A stretch of 64,000 bases of DNA from a virus: positions 129,019-193,018 of the IMG/VR virus record IMGVR_UViG_3300017991_000003; one strand, given 5' to 3'. Positions 1-8,533 of the stretch are shown here, one piece after another (position 1 is the first letter of the stretch; each line of letters opens with the position of its first letter). Below the pieces are notes generated by a model. The model saw nothing but the letters and a program-made list of their open reading frames with translations. It ran no database searches and had not been told where the DNA came from. A program made the translations under genes and the position numbers.

Positions 1-512
1 TCGGGGTTGGCCGGCCGTGCCGGCGGGACCTTCCAGCCCAAGTTGGTGAAGGGTAGCAGCCTGTCGGCCACCTCCCAGTTCCAGATGCGGGCGTACCGGT
101 CAGACGTCCACGAACGCAGCGTCAGGACGTCCTCCCCGTCCTGGTGGAAGAGGAGCTGCTTGACGGGTTCGTCGTCGACGTCCTGGGCTTGGAGGTTGTA
201 GTTGAGGTTCTGCGCGGCCATGGAAGTCGGCAGCCGGCGCATGTAGTCGGCAGGAACCCGCATGGATCGGCACAACTGCCCAAAGGCGTAGTGCGTCATC
301 ATCGCGGGCTGCCCGTTGGCGCCGACTAGGCGTAGGTCACGCTGGCCTTCGTCGCCCACCTCCCGCACACGCAGGACGCTGGGACGAGCAGCTGATTCGA
401 TAGCACGCTCGGCGTGCTCGTAGGCGGCGACGCGCGCTTCTTGAATGGTCCAGAAGCGCTCATCGTCAGGGCGGGTGAGCCATTGGCTCGCCGCGGTCAT
501 GATCTCGGTCAT
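1..512 (-). CDS. hypothetical protein, runs off the left edge of the window (C-terminus not in window)
   Basis: Reverse-complement translation from ATG at 510-512 gives an open frame to position 1 (MTEIMTAASQWLTRPDDERFW...HYAFGQLCRSMRVPADYMRRLP...). GC3-rich codons. Faint resemblance to DUF932-type mobile-element proteins, unverified. Confidence 0.5.
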   Translation of the reverse strand, partial: MTEIMTAASQWLTRPDDERFWTIQEARVAAYEHAERAIESAARPSVLRVREVGDEGQRDLRLVGANGQPAMMTHYAFGQLCRSMRVPADYMRRLPTSMAAQNLNYNLQAQDVDDEPVKQLLFHQDGEDVLTLRSWTSDRYARIWNWEVADRLLPFTNLGWKVPPARPANP

Positions 513-524
513 ATTGTCCGTGGG

Positions 525-1055
525 TTAGATATCACAAGGACCCCAGTACAGCCGCTTGCGACGACGTGTTGAGAGGCCTGGGGGCGGTCGCAGTGTGGGG
601 TCTTGCTGTAGCGCGTCGTACATTAGGTCTTGTACCTGCTCGCCTAGCTTGATTTCTGTGACCCCGTTCCTGGAGCAGAAGAAACCAGAAGCGCCCTGCT
701 CGTAGGTTTTCAGGACTGCGGTGTAGCGCACCGCGATGAAGGTCACGACATCCGGAAGATCAAAAGTCTTCAGGAAGTCGTGGATGAGTTGAGCGGCAAA
801 CTGAGCTACGCCGTGTTGATCACCGTCGATACGTAGCCAGACATGTTGTGGGAGTGGCCTCTTGTCTTGATCGAGCATGGTAGGCTCAATAGTGATGATC
901 AGGTCTTGCTGCGGCGTGCCCGCTCTTGGAGTCGCGCTGACGGAGTGCCTTTGATCTGTGCCGGGCCGCCATTGAGCGATCTGTTGCTGCCACCACTGAA
1001 CGTGCGCTGGCGCTGGGGCGGGTACGGAGGTGCAGAGCTGTGTGTACCTATTCAT
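525..1055 (-). CDS. hypothetical protein (176 aa)
   Basis: Complete ORF in the track; stop/start overlap with the upstream gene at 1048-1055; same strand as neighbours. Confidence 0.5.
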   Translation of the reverse strand: MNRYTQLCTSVPAPAPAHVQWWQQQIAQWRPGTDQRHSVSATPRAGTPQQDLIITIEPTMLDQDKRPLPQHVWLRIDGDQHGVAQFAAQLIHDFLKTFDLPDVVTFIAVRYTAVLKTYEQGASGFFCSRNGVTEIKLGEQVQDLMYDALQQDPTLRPPPGLSTRRRKRLYWGPCDI

Positions 1056-1500
1056 TGACCTGCTGCTGCTGTTGCCGGGCCTGCTCGCGTTGATTCAGGA
1101 TGTACCGAACCCCGGCATCGCCTAGCTCGTGGATGCTCTTGAACTCGACCCCTTCTCTGCTGATGAGGGCGACGGACGCTACCTGCTCATTGAGTGCCGG
1201 CTTAGAGCACCATCCCACGACGATCACGTACCTGACGTCGTTGCGGTTGAAGTACTCTAGAAACTCGCTGACCTTGTTGGCGGCGGGCTCTAGCTCCGAG
1301 CCCTGGTCGTCACAGTAGAACCACACCTGTTGCGTCTCGATCTCGAAGTCGAACCGCCACTCGTCATCGATGTCGTAGTCCACCGCGTCGGCGTGCTCGG
1401 CGTGCTCAGCCTGCTGTGCCTTTACGTCGTACCACCAGTCGAGCTCCTCTTGATCGGTTACGGGGATCTCGAAGGAGAACTGGGAATAGTACTCAGCCAT
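1048..1500 (-). CDS. hypothetical acidic protein (150 aa)
   Basis: Complete ORF; Asp/Glu-rich; overlaps neighbours by 8 nt on both sides, consistent with translational coupling. Confidence 0.5.
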   Translation of the reverse strand: MAEYYSQFSFEIPVTDQEELDWWYDVKAQQAEHAEHADAVDYDIDDEWRFDFEIETQQVWFYCDDQGSELEPAANKVSEFLEYFNRNDVRYVIVVGWCSKPALNEQVASVALISREGVEFKSIHELGDAGVRYILNQREQARQQQQQVNE

Positions 1501-1777
1501 CAGCCGGCGCCTCCTCGGGCTTGTTCTTCTCGAGGAAGTCCTCGACGTACTCGTTGATGATGGTCATGGCCGACGCGGTGTCACCGGTGTCCTTGATGAG
1601 ATCGCTTGCCTTGAAGAGCACGTTGATCGGGCCCATGGCGTCGATCTTGTCGCGCGCCTCCATGAGCTCGCAGATCCAATCCACGATCTGGTCGTGGCGT
1701 TGGCGGACGATGGTGGTGCACCCGAGGATCTCGGAGAGGCGCTTCTCGACTTCGGCTTTGTGCTTGCTGTTGGTCAT
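1493..1777 (-). CDS. hypothetical protein (94 aa)
   Basis: Complete ORF; overlaps downstream gene start by 8 nt. Confidence 0.5.
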   Translation of the reverse strand: MTNSKHKAEVEKRLSEILGCTTIVRQRHDQIVDWICELMEARDKIDAMGPINVLFKASDLIKDTGDTASAMTIINEYVEDFLEKNKPEEAPADG

Positions 1778-1779
1778 GA

Positions 1780-1941
1780 CTAATCGGCCTCGGTGACGTC
1801 GACGGCCATGTGTACGGTGAGGGTGGAGGGGTCGTCTCCGCCGAGAATCTCTCGGATGGCCGCTTGCTGGTTCTCGGTCGGGACGAGCGTGACAGCGTCG
1901 TCGGTGTTGTTGAGGATGACGATGGAGTAGATGATTTCCAT
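1780..1941 (-). CDS. small hypothetical protein (53 aa)
   Basis: Internal ATG (MEIIYSIVILNNTDD...) of track ORF 1780..2412, whose N-terminal 157 aa are Arg/Pro-rich read-through of the upstream gene in another frame. Fills the gap between 1777 and 1944. Confidence 0.3.
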   Translation of the reverse strand: MEIIYSIVILNNTDDAVTLVPTENQQAAIREILGGDDPSTLTVHMAVDVTEAD

Positions 1942-1943
1942 GA

Positions 1944-2474
1944 CTACATCTGGATCTTGACGGCGGCGATGAGCCCGGTGAGGACCGGGTCGCCCAGCTG
2001 GGCGGCGTACGTCTCGAGAGCCTCGAGGAGGGACGGCAGCGCGTCCGCGCTCTGGCCGTTGGTAGCGGGAGCGGCCTTGGCCGGCTTGTCGAAGTCGAGC
2101 TGCCCCTGCTTGGCGCCGGCGTAGCGCAGCGGGTCCGCGATGCGGCCGGCGTCCTCGGGCGAGTTGCCCTCGGCCAGGGCCCGCAAGTACGGCCACGCGA
2201 GCCTGTTGCGGTTGCGGTTGCGGTCGATCAGCGTCTGGCCAAGCTCGGTCAGCTTGACGTTGTGGAAGCGCGAGTACTCGATTGCCCCCGTCTTGCGGAT
2301 CTGATCCCGACGCGAGCCGGCGCTGCTCAGTCGGCGGAGCGGGTCGTCGGGGATGGAGAACTGCATGGCGTGGTTGTCCGGCCAGCTTCCGGTCATCTCC
2401 TTGTGGTGCCACATGAAGAGCAGGGCGGTCAGCAGGTTCTGGGTCACGGGCTTGGGCTTGTCTTGAGTGGTCAT
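1944..2474 (-). CDS. hypothetical protein (176 aa)
   Basis: Complete ORF; non-repetitive composition; 4-nt overlap with upstream gene. Confidence 0.5.
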   Translation of the reverse strand: MTTQDKPKPVTQNLLTALLFMWHHKEMTGSWPDNHAMQFSIPDDPLRRLSSAGSRRDQIRKTGAIEYSRFHNVKLTELGQTLIDRNRNRNRLAWPYLRALAEGNSPEDAGRIADPLRYAGAKQGQLDFDKPAKAAPATNGQSADALPSLLEALETYAAQLGDPVLTGLIAAVKIQM

Positions 2475-2809
2475 AGGTGGTCGGGGTTCGGGACGGTGTT
2501 GGTGAGGAGGATGTGCATCCAGGTACGTAGGGACTGCCAGCAGGGGTCGATGTGCTTCCCTTGCTGTCTATCCCACGTCGCCAGGGCGTGGAGCGTGTTC
2601 ATCAGATTCATGGGAGGGCCCGGCAGGTACTCATCATCTTCGAGATGCTTGGGGCGCGCCCCCTCGACTAGGGCGTCGTAGCCCTTCTCGGTCACGAAGG
2701 TGATTTCTTGGAGGGCTACTCCCTCCCAGGTCTCGCCTCCGAAGTCGACCTGGACCGGGATGATCGGCGTACCCGGCTCGAGGTTTTGAAAGGTGAGGCT
2801 CATACCCAC
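2471..2809 (-). CDS. hypothetical protein (112 aa)
   Basis: Complete ORF; coupled by overlaps to both neighbours. Confidence 0.5.
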   Translation of the reverse strand: MGMSLTFQNLEPGTPIIPVQVDFGGETWEGVALQEITFVTEKGYDALVEGARPKHLEDDEYLPGPPMNLMNTLHALATWDRQQGKHIDPCWQSLRTWMHILLTNTVPNPDHL

Positions 2810-3339
2810 TTCTCCTCGATGAGCTTACGGAGGGCCTTCAGGCACATCCGCTGCCGACCGGCGGTCATACGCATCTTCGTGAATCGGTGACTATCGATCA
2901 ACCGATCAACAAGGATCAGGGCGAGGCCCTTGTTCTCGTCGCCCGCTTGAACAGGGATCGACATCTTCTTGGGCTTCTGCGCCTTCTTACGCCCTTTCTT
3001 GAGGGCCTTCACCGCAGCGGGCTCCGAGGCGTAGCGCATGGCGTGCTTGATGACCGGCCACTCGTCCGGGTGAGCTCCGACTTGCTGAGCCAGGCGTTTA
3101 CCAAGCTCGGTCAGCTCGCCACGGTCCCGGCCCACCGTACGCATCAGGCCCATGTTCTTGAGCTCGGCCTTGTAGGTTCCGACGGTCGACGCCTTGAGCA
3201 GCGTCTTACCAGTCCCGCGTGGGAACCGGCGTGTGATCTGAACGCAAGGCCATCGCTTGACCTGCTGCTGGTAGTGGTAGTAGAAGGCTAGCAGGTCCTG
3301 CTGCCGCTTGCTCAGCTCTCGGATTGTTTCGACAAGCAT
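2800..3339 (-). CDS. hypothetical basic protein, possible DNA-binding regulator
   Basis: Complete ORF. N-terminal LSKRQQDLLAFYY resembles the sigma-70 region-4 / LuxR-type HTH pattern; Lys/Arg-rich segment KKGRKKAQKPKK. First gene of the leftward operon. Confidence 0.45.
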   Translation of the reverse strand: MLVETIRELSKRQQDLLAFYYHYQQQVKRWPCVQITRRFPRGTGKTLLKASTVGTYKAELKNMGLMRTVGRDRGELTELGKRLAQQVGAHPDEWPVIKHAMRYASEPAAVKALKKGRKKAQKPKKMSIPVQAGDENKGLALILVDRLIDSHRFTKMRMTAGRQRMCLKALRKLIEEKWV

Positions 3340-3985
3340 GGGTAGGTGGTGGGGTAGAGGTGATCGACATGAGACTTATGCCACAGTCCCTGGTCTAAAA
3401 AGAGAGCCCAACCCGAGGGGGTTGAGCTCTCTGGAAGTGCCCGGGCCCGCCCCTTTCATCGCAGTCCAACGAGTGGGACAAGGGGGATGCCGTAAGGGCC
3501 CGGGCTTGTAGGTGCGGAGCCGTGCCAGGATCACGGCCCCGCGGTGCTGTGGAAGTAGCTTGGCCCCCCAAGGAGGTGGGATGAGCCGCCGTAGCTACGA
3601 TGAGGCTCGCAGTCGGGCATGGTGCTACCCGGCCAACAGCGTGGCGATACGCCGAGACCCGGATCGCCGCCGGATAAGGTGGCCCCCGTCGTGACGTGCT
3701 CAGCTCACGCTCGAGGGGTTGGAAGACCTGCCATCTAGGATCAGTGGGATCCCCATCCCTTTGCACTCCTCGGAGAGTGTGCCGCTCCTGCGGCTGATGT
3801 GATGGCAGGTGGAAGACACCCACAGGTAGCAAGAACCGGCCTGGATGACCTCTTCGTTGCCCTAGGACCGGGGTCAGAGCCTTCCGGGCGCGCCTGTGGG
3901 TGATTGGGAAAGCCGAGCACGTCATCAACGCCGCTTGTGCGTCTGCTTGGTTGGTGGAGACGTGTGACGCTGCTCGGCTTTTGTA

Positions 3986-4072
3986 TGGTGCAGGAAGGGG
4001 GACTCGAACCCCCACGCCCGGGTGGGCACGTGGACCTAAACCACGGGCGTCTACCGATTCCGCCACTCCTGC
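3986..4072 (-). tRNA. tRNA-Leu (anticodon TAG), CCA encoded
   Basis: Reverse complement reads GCAGGAGTGGCGGAATCGGTAGACGCCCGTGGTTTAGGTCCACGTGCCCACCCGGGCGTGGGGGTTCGAGTCCCCCTTCCTGCACCA. 7-bp acceptor stem with one G-U pair, anticodon loop TTTAGGT, long variable arm, T-loop GGGGGTTCGAGTCCCCC. Confidence 0.85.
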
Positions 4073-4146
4073 ATGTAAAGGCATCGATGACCCGTGGGAG
4101 AGTTTCCCCACTCTGTGTTGAGCCCACAGATCATCGATGTGATTGA

Positions 4147-4232
4147 TGGTGCGGGAGGAGGGACTCGAACCCTCACGCCCGAAGGCAGTGGATTTTGAAT
4201 CCACCGTGTCTACCGATTCCAACCACCCCCGC
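4147..4232 (-). tRNA. tRNA-Leu (anticodon CAA), CCA encoded
   Basis: Reverse complement reads GCGGGGGTGGTTGGAATCGGTAGACACGGTGGATTCAAAATCCACTGCCTTCGGGCGTGAGGGTTCGAGTCCCTCCTCCCGCACCA. Anticodon loop TTCAAAA, long variable arm, canonical T-loop. Confidence 0.85.
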
Positions 4233-4446
4233 AGAGGGAGTGCCCCGCCGGCCGGAGCCGACGGGGCGAGTGCCTGTCTTTCCAGACTGTCCGCCCCGTT
4301 CGTATCATGCGCTAGGGGCTCTCGACAGTTCACTACGCCGCCATGCGGACGTCGGTGTTGGCATTTGAAAGCCAGAAGGTACAGACGCCACCGGGCAACT
4401 ATTCTCTGCTCGTAACTATACCCGCGAGCACGTCGGGTTGAAAGGT

Positions 4447-4475
4447 GGGCTGCCGAGGACGCGCCTCGACAGCCC
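4447..4475 (-). terminator. candidate terminator hairpin downstream of the leftward lipoprotein operon
   Basis: Nested inverted repeat GGGCTG-C-CGAGG-acgcg-CCTCG-A-CAGCCC about 12 nt past the stop of gene 4487..5107; no clean U-tract. Confidence 0.3.
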
Positions 4476-4486
4476 GTGGGGGATCA

Positions 4487-5107
4487 TCAGAAGTCGGGAC
4501 GCAGCGTGTCTGCCGCGATCAACGTCAACTCCGGAGCGGACGGAGCTCCGGTCACGACAGCCTGGGGATCCATCTGCGCCACGGAGTGCAGCTCGTGCGT
4601 CTCCATGAGTCTAAGTAGCGCAAAGAATCCGTAGGCGCGCAGCTCGTCCTCTTCTGAGTCGGAGCGCGGCGCGTGCCTGATGAGGGCCCCCGGGACGAGG
4701 TCTGCGTCGGACAGCACCACCCAGTGATCTGTCCAGACAATCGGCTCCAGTTGAGGAACCAGCTGCGAAGCCACCAGGTCGGCTAGCCCTTCACTCAGCG
4801 GGAAGGGACGCTGAGGAGCGCACAGGTGCGTAAGCTCATGTGCGATCACGAAGCGCTGCCGGTACGGCGGCTGATCAAGCCAGTTCGGATGGAGCACGAG
4901 GTAGACCTCGTCCGCGGCATGGGCCACCAGAGCAAGCCTGTCGATCTCACTCGACACGCACACCTGGGGGACCACACCTCGGTCATGCCCGATCATCTGC
5001 ACCACCTGTGGACGCAGTTCATCGAGCAGACCCTCAGCACGCTCGACGGCTGGGTGAGCGCTGGCGCAGGCAGCCAGCGGCAGGCAGGAGATGATCAAGG
5101 ACTTCAC
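4487..5107 (-). CDS. putative lipoprotein with HExxH zinc-metallopeptidase motif
   Basis: GTG start at 5107 (GTGA overlap with upstream stop) gives VKSLIISCLPLAAC with a lipobox-like LAAC; HELTH motif in FVIAHELTHLC. The longer track ORF 4487..5257 has an Arg-rich N-terminus that looks spurious. Confidence 0.55.
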   Translation of the reverse strand: MKSLIISCLPLAACASAHPAVERAEGLLDELRPQVVQMIGHDRGVVPQVCVSSEIDRLALVAHAADEVYLVLHPNWLDQPPYRQRFVIAHELTHLCAPQRPFPLSEGLADLVASQLVPQLEPIVWTDHWVVLSDADLVPGALIRHAPRSDSEEDELRAYGFFALLRLMETHELHSVAQMDPQAVVTGAPSAPELTLIAADTLRPDF

Positions 5108-6006
5108 GGGATCGGAACCCCCTGCTTCTCGATGGTCAGCGGGGTCACGAACCGCTCGCCCTGCGCGTACTGCATCAGGTCGAAGCGGATGCTCTCGAGC
5201 AGTCCCTCGCTGCCGAGGGGTAGGAGGCCGGCGTCGATGACGACCTCGCTGCCCCACAGCGCGGAGCCGGCCCGGGTCTTGGACCAGGCCAGGGCGTGCT
5301 GGCTGCCGTCTTGGTAGCCGAGGCTACCGCTGGCGACCATGTCGGAGCTGTCGTTCAGCGCCCGGATCAGGAGCTTGCCCTGCCCGTGGTCGACGTAGGC
5401 GGTGACGGTGTAGGCCCAGAGAACGTCGTCGATCAGCTGGTTGATGGCCCAGTCCTCGCCGCCTGTGAGGTACCAGGCCTGCACGATGGCGTGGGCCTCG
5501 ACCTCGCTGGCGGCGGTCACCAGGAACTCACCGTAGGCGTCCATGTCGTCCTGGTGGTCGTAGGCGTCCACGGACGTCAAGGAGACCAGGAACTGCTGGA
5601 GCTCGTGGGGCTTGCTGAGATCGATGATCACCTGGTTGCCGCCGAGGGGACCGGACGTGGGTCGGCCGACGAGCTCGAGCTGCTGGGTCGCGTCGGCCAA
5701 GGTGCCTGAGAAGGTGGTGACCACGGAGCCCTCCGGAAGGAGGACCGCCGTACCGGGGGCGTACACCCCGGCGTAGCGGGCGCCGGACTTGGTGATGACC
5801 TCGACCCGGAGGTTGGTCGGGATGTCGGCCGGCACGTCACCTTGGAGGGTGCCGTCACCCTTCTTCTCCAGGCTGGCTTCCCAGCCCGAGAGCTGGACGG
5901 TGATGCCGTCACCCTCTTCGAGGTCGAGGACTTCCTCAGTCGCCGTACAGGCGACGAAGCTGAACATCAGCAGGATGAGGAGGATGAACGTGTGTTGGAT
6001 GCGCAT
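5104..6006 (-). CDS. putative secreted lipoprotein (301 aa)
   Basis: Internal ATG at 6006 gives MRIQHTFILLILLMFSFVACTATEE, a signal-peptide-like hydrophobic stretch ending in a lipobox-like VAC. The upstream 35 aa of the track ORF are not signal-like. Confidence 0.55.
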   Translation of the reverse strand: MRIQHTFILLILLMFSFVACTATEEVLDLEEGDGITVQLSGWEASLEKKGDGTLQGDVPADIPTNLRVEVITKSGARYAGVYAPGTAVLLPEGSVVTTFSGTLADATQQLELVGRPTSGPLGGNQVIIDLSKPHELQQFLVSLTSVDAYDHQDDMDAYGEFLVTAASEVEAHAIVQAWYLTGGEDWAINQLIDDVLWAYTVTAYVDHGQGKLLIRALNDSSDMVASGSLGYQDGSQHALAWSKTRAGSALWGSEVVIDAGLLPLGSEGLLESIRFDLMQYAQGERFVTPLTIEKQGVPIP

Positions 6007-6091
6007 GGCGTCTCCTGTTGGGTTGGGTGGGAACAGTGGAGGCTCGAAGCCTCGGGGTATCAGTAGACTCGTGACACAAACCCGATAAGGT

Positions 6092-6532
6092 TTACAGCGA
6101 ATCCAGGGCATCTAGGGCGTCTGTGAGGCCCTCAGCAGCCTCTTGAGCAGCGTCCGCCTTGGCGCTCTTCTTCCGCTTCTTCCCCTTCTTCTTGTGATGC
6201 AGGGCGGCCAGGCGAGCCCCCTGCTCCCGCTGAGCGTCCGTCACGGACTCCTCGCATAGGGTCTTGTACTCCGCCTCGGTGGGGATGACGCCCTCGGGTC
6301 GCGTCTTGGTGTCCGCGTAGGGGCGGTGGGCCCAGAAGAAGCAGACGTGGTCCGGGCAGTTCTTGATGGCGTCCCGGTAGCCCTCGTTGCCGACACAGGC
6401 TCGGCAGTTGAGGTCGACAGCGGATCGGAGGCTGCTACCGTGATCAGCTTTGACGGCGACGGTGGGGCGGGCGAGGCGGACGTCGTTCTCGACGCAATCG
6501 ATGATGTCAGGCTTGGTGGTCATGTGTGGCAC
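6092..6532 (-). CDS. hypothetical Cys-rich basic protein (146 aa)
   Basis: Complete ORF; six Cys including CRAC and CPDHVC; Lys-rich HHKKKGKKRKKSAK near the C-terminus suggests nucleic-acid binding. Divergent from the rightward operon starting at 6608. Confidence 0.5.
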   Translation of the reverse strand: MPHMTTKPDIIDCVENDVRLARPTVAVKADHGSSLRSAVDLNCRACVGNEGYRDAIKNCPDHVCFFWAHRPYADTKTRPEGVIPTEAEYKTLCEESVTDAQREQGARLAALHHKKKGKKRKKSAKADAAQEAAEGLTDALDALDSL

Positions 6533-6607
6533 TGGCTAGGAGTGTCAGGGTGGGAAAACTGTCTCCATATCTTGACAGAGGGGCGCCGGCTAGGCACGAT
6601 CCCTGGC
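6533..6607. promoter_or_regulatory. divergent intergenic region with inverted repeat CTGTC-N10-GACAG and TTGACA hexamer
   Basis: 75-bp gap between divergent gene starts 6532 (-) and 6608 (+); contains ctgtctccatatcttgacag. Promoter elements not confidently assignable. Confidence 0.3.
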
Positions 6608-7123
6608 ATGGAAACGACAACGACAGAGGCCCGCCCTGAGCTACAGCTTCGGCCGTTGGCCGGGCGGGTGATGATTCGAGTGGACGAGGCCCCCACGATG
6701 AGCGCAGGTACGCGAGGCCGTCAGGTCTATCTACCCGAGAGCGTCCAGAAGGAGGAGAAGGCGAACTACCGGTTCGGTACGGTCGTGGCCCTAGGGGACC
6801 CCGCGCTGCATCCGAAGACCGGCAGGCCGATCCCGTGGGCTGTGCATGTAGGCACCAAGGTCTGCTTCCAGTTCGGGGCTGACCTTACAGGTGAGCGAGA
6901 GCTCCAGTACACAGGAGGCGTGGCCCATGCGGTGTGCTTTGCTGAGGATCTGATTTACGCCATCGAGGATGATTATGAGATTCAGCCGACTCCCGTATGC
7001 CCCAACAGCGTAGGGGTTGCGCTACGCCGCGCTCTGATGAACGACGACTGGCTGACCGAGGAGCAGGTTGACACCCTGAGCCGGCGGCTCGCGTGCACGA
7101 TTGCCGGGGTTGTGCCCGCGTGA
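6608..7123 (+). CDS. GroES-like co-chaperonin (Cpn10 family) with C-terminal extension
   Basis: ATG at 6608; LRPLAGRVMIRVDEAPTMSAG...FGTVVALGDPA...PWAVHVGTKVCF...AEDLIYAIED aligns by eye with GroES (IRPLHDRVIVKR..TKSAGGIVL..GEVLAVGNG..VKVGDIVIF..ESDILAIVE). Confidence 0.6.
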   Translation: METTTTEARPELQLRPLAGRVMIRVDEAPTMSAGTRGRQVYLPESVQKEEKANYRFGTVVALGDPALHPKTGRPIPWAVHVGTKVCFQFGADLTGERELQYTGGVAHAVCFAEDLIYAIEDDYEIQPTPVCPNSVGVALRRALMNDDWLTEEQVDTLSRRLACTIAGVVPA

Positions 7124-7758
7124 GAATCGGCCGCACTTCCGATCTAGCGCCCTGGCCGCTCTTCATCGGCTTCTACACCCCGGAGTACGAGGAAGAGGCC
7201 GGGGAGCTTCGTAAGACCCTGGACGCGTTCGGGCTGCCACACGAGATCGAACCCGTCGAGTCCACGGGTAGCTGGTGGCTCAACACGCAGATCAAGGCTC
7301 AGATCATTTTGCTCAAGCTACGGGATCACCTGGGTCGACCGCTGGTCTACCTGGACTGCGATGCCCGAGTCAGGCAGGCTCCTACCTTGTTCCGCTCCCT
7401 GCATCACCAGTGCGACTTCGCGGCTCACTTCCGACCGGATCGACGATTCGAATGCGGTCGAGAGCTTTTGAGCGGGACGCTGTACTTCAGCGGCTCGCCG
7501 GCTTGCCAGGGCCTGGTACAGGCTTGGATCGATGAGAATGAGCGCCAGGCTGCGATCAAGAGTAGCAACAAGCTCCGCCTCATGGATCAGAGAACCTTGC
7601 AGACGGTCCTGGCTAAGGAGATCGAGGAGTACGGTCTTATGTTCACCGAGCTCCCTGCTACCTACGTTCAGATCTTCGACATCATGCGCGACGCCGGCGA
7701 CCCGGTGATCGAGCATCTCCAGGCCAGCCGCCGATTGAGGAACAAGGTTGGTCACTAG
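7120..7758 (+). CDS. putative glycosyltransferase (nucleotide-diphospho-sugar transferase-like, GT-A fold)
   Basis: GTG at 7120 overlaps the upstream TGA (alternative GTG at 7093). LVYLDCDARV and overall pattern resemble DxD-type sugar transferases; weak. Confidence 0.4.
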   Translation: MRIGRTSDLAPWPLFIGFYTPEYEEEAGELRKTLDAFGLPHEIEPVESTGSWWLNTQIKAQIILLKLRDHLGRPLVYLDCDARVRQAPTLFRSLHHQCDFAAHFRPDRRFECGRELLSGTLYFSGSPACQGLVQAWIDENERQAAIKSSNKLRLMDQRTLQTVLAKEIEEYGLMFTELPATYVQIFDIMRDAGDPVIEHLQASRRLRNKVGH

Positions 7759-7770
7759 ACTCATGACTCA

Positions 7771-8529
7771 ATGAAGCGACTGATCTACCAGGTCTGCGTT
7801 GGCCCGCCTGACCCGCTCTACGACAAGTGCACGCGCACTGTTGCGGCCTACTGCAAGCGCCTCGGCATCGCGTACATCAAGCAGACCGAGCCGGTCCTGA
7901 AGATCCGCCCGAACCCCGCTACGAGCGGGAGAAGCCAGAACGCTGTTGAACGACTAGGGTACCTGCCGATCTTCGAGAAGGAGAACGCACTCGCCCACCT
8001 TGGTGAGTTCGATCAGGTGGCCATTATCGACTCCGATATCTGGATCAGGGAGGAGGCACCCAACATCTTCGAGGAGCTCGAGGAGGGTGTTGACTTCATG
8101 GGGGTGGTCGAGCGAACCGCACCCATCACGCCGCAGTATGATCGGAAGCTCAAGAGCTACGCGCGCGGCCAGTACGGTCGTCCGGACTTCCCCTTCATGA
8201 ACATGGGGCTCATGCTCATGAACAAGAGCCTGCGCCGCTTCTGCCCCGAGCCTCCTCGGGAGTTTCTGGCGCGTCCGGAGTTCCAGGCCTTCGTGGATGG
8301 GCGGGGGGCCTACAAGTGGAGCACGGACCAGACCCTGCTCAACACCTGGTTGACCAGCGATCCCGACATGGTCGTGAAGCCTCTCGACTGGCGGTGGAAC
8401 GCCCTGTACGGGGCGCTGGTGCCCGGGTCGATAGAACAGGCCCACTTCGTTCACTTCTTCCTCAAGAACCACCTGGATAGCCAGGATCCCGACAAGCTCC
8501 TTCAGACACAAGGCCGCAAACGCGTTTAG
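7771..8529 (+). CDS. glycosyltransferase family 8-like protein
   Basis: AIIDSDIWI (DxD), FMNMGLMLMN, STDQTLLNTWL and HFVHFFLK match the order of conserved GT8 motifs. Confidence 0.55.
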   Translation: MKRLIYQVCVGPPDPLYDKCTRTVAAYCKRLGIAYIKQTEPVLKIRPNPATSGRSQNAVERLGYLPIFEKENALAHLGEFDQVAIIDSDIWIREEAPNIFEELEEGVDFMGVVERTAPITPQYDRKLKSYARGQYGRPDFPFMNMGLMLMNKSLRRFCPEPPREFLARPEFQAFVDGRGAYKWSTDQTLLNTWLTSDPDMVVKPLDWRWNALYGALVPGSIEQAHFVHFFLKNHLDSQDPDKLLQTQGRKRV

Positions 8530-8533
8530 CCCC

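Noticed and set aside
3986-4232. tRNA genes as a prophage attachment site marking a host-phage junction
   Set aside because: No integrase or recombinase nearby, no direct repeat of a tRNA 3' end seen elsewhere in the window, and phage-like gene organisation continues on both sides.
3395-4333. 312-aa minus-strand ORF spanning the tRNA region
   Set aside because: Overlaps both tRNA-Leu genes on the same strand and is Arg/Pro/Gly/Ala-rich, typical of chance open frames in GC-rich DNA.
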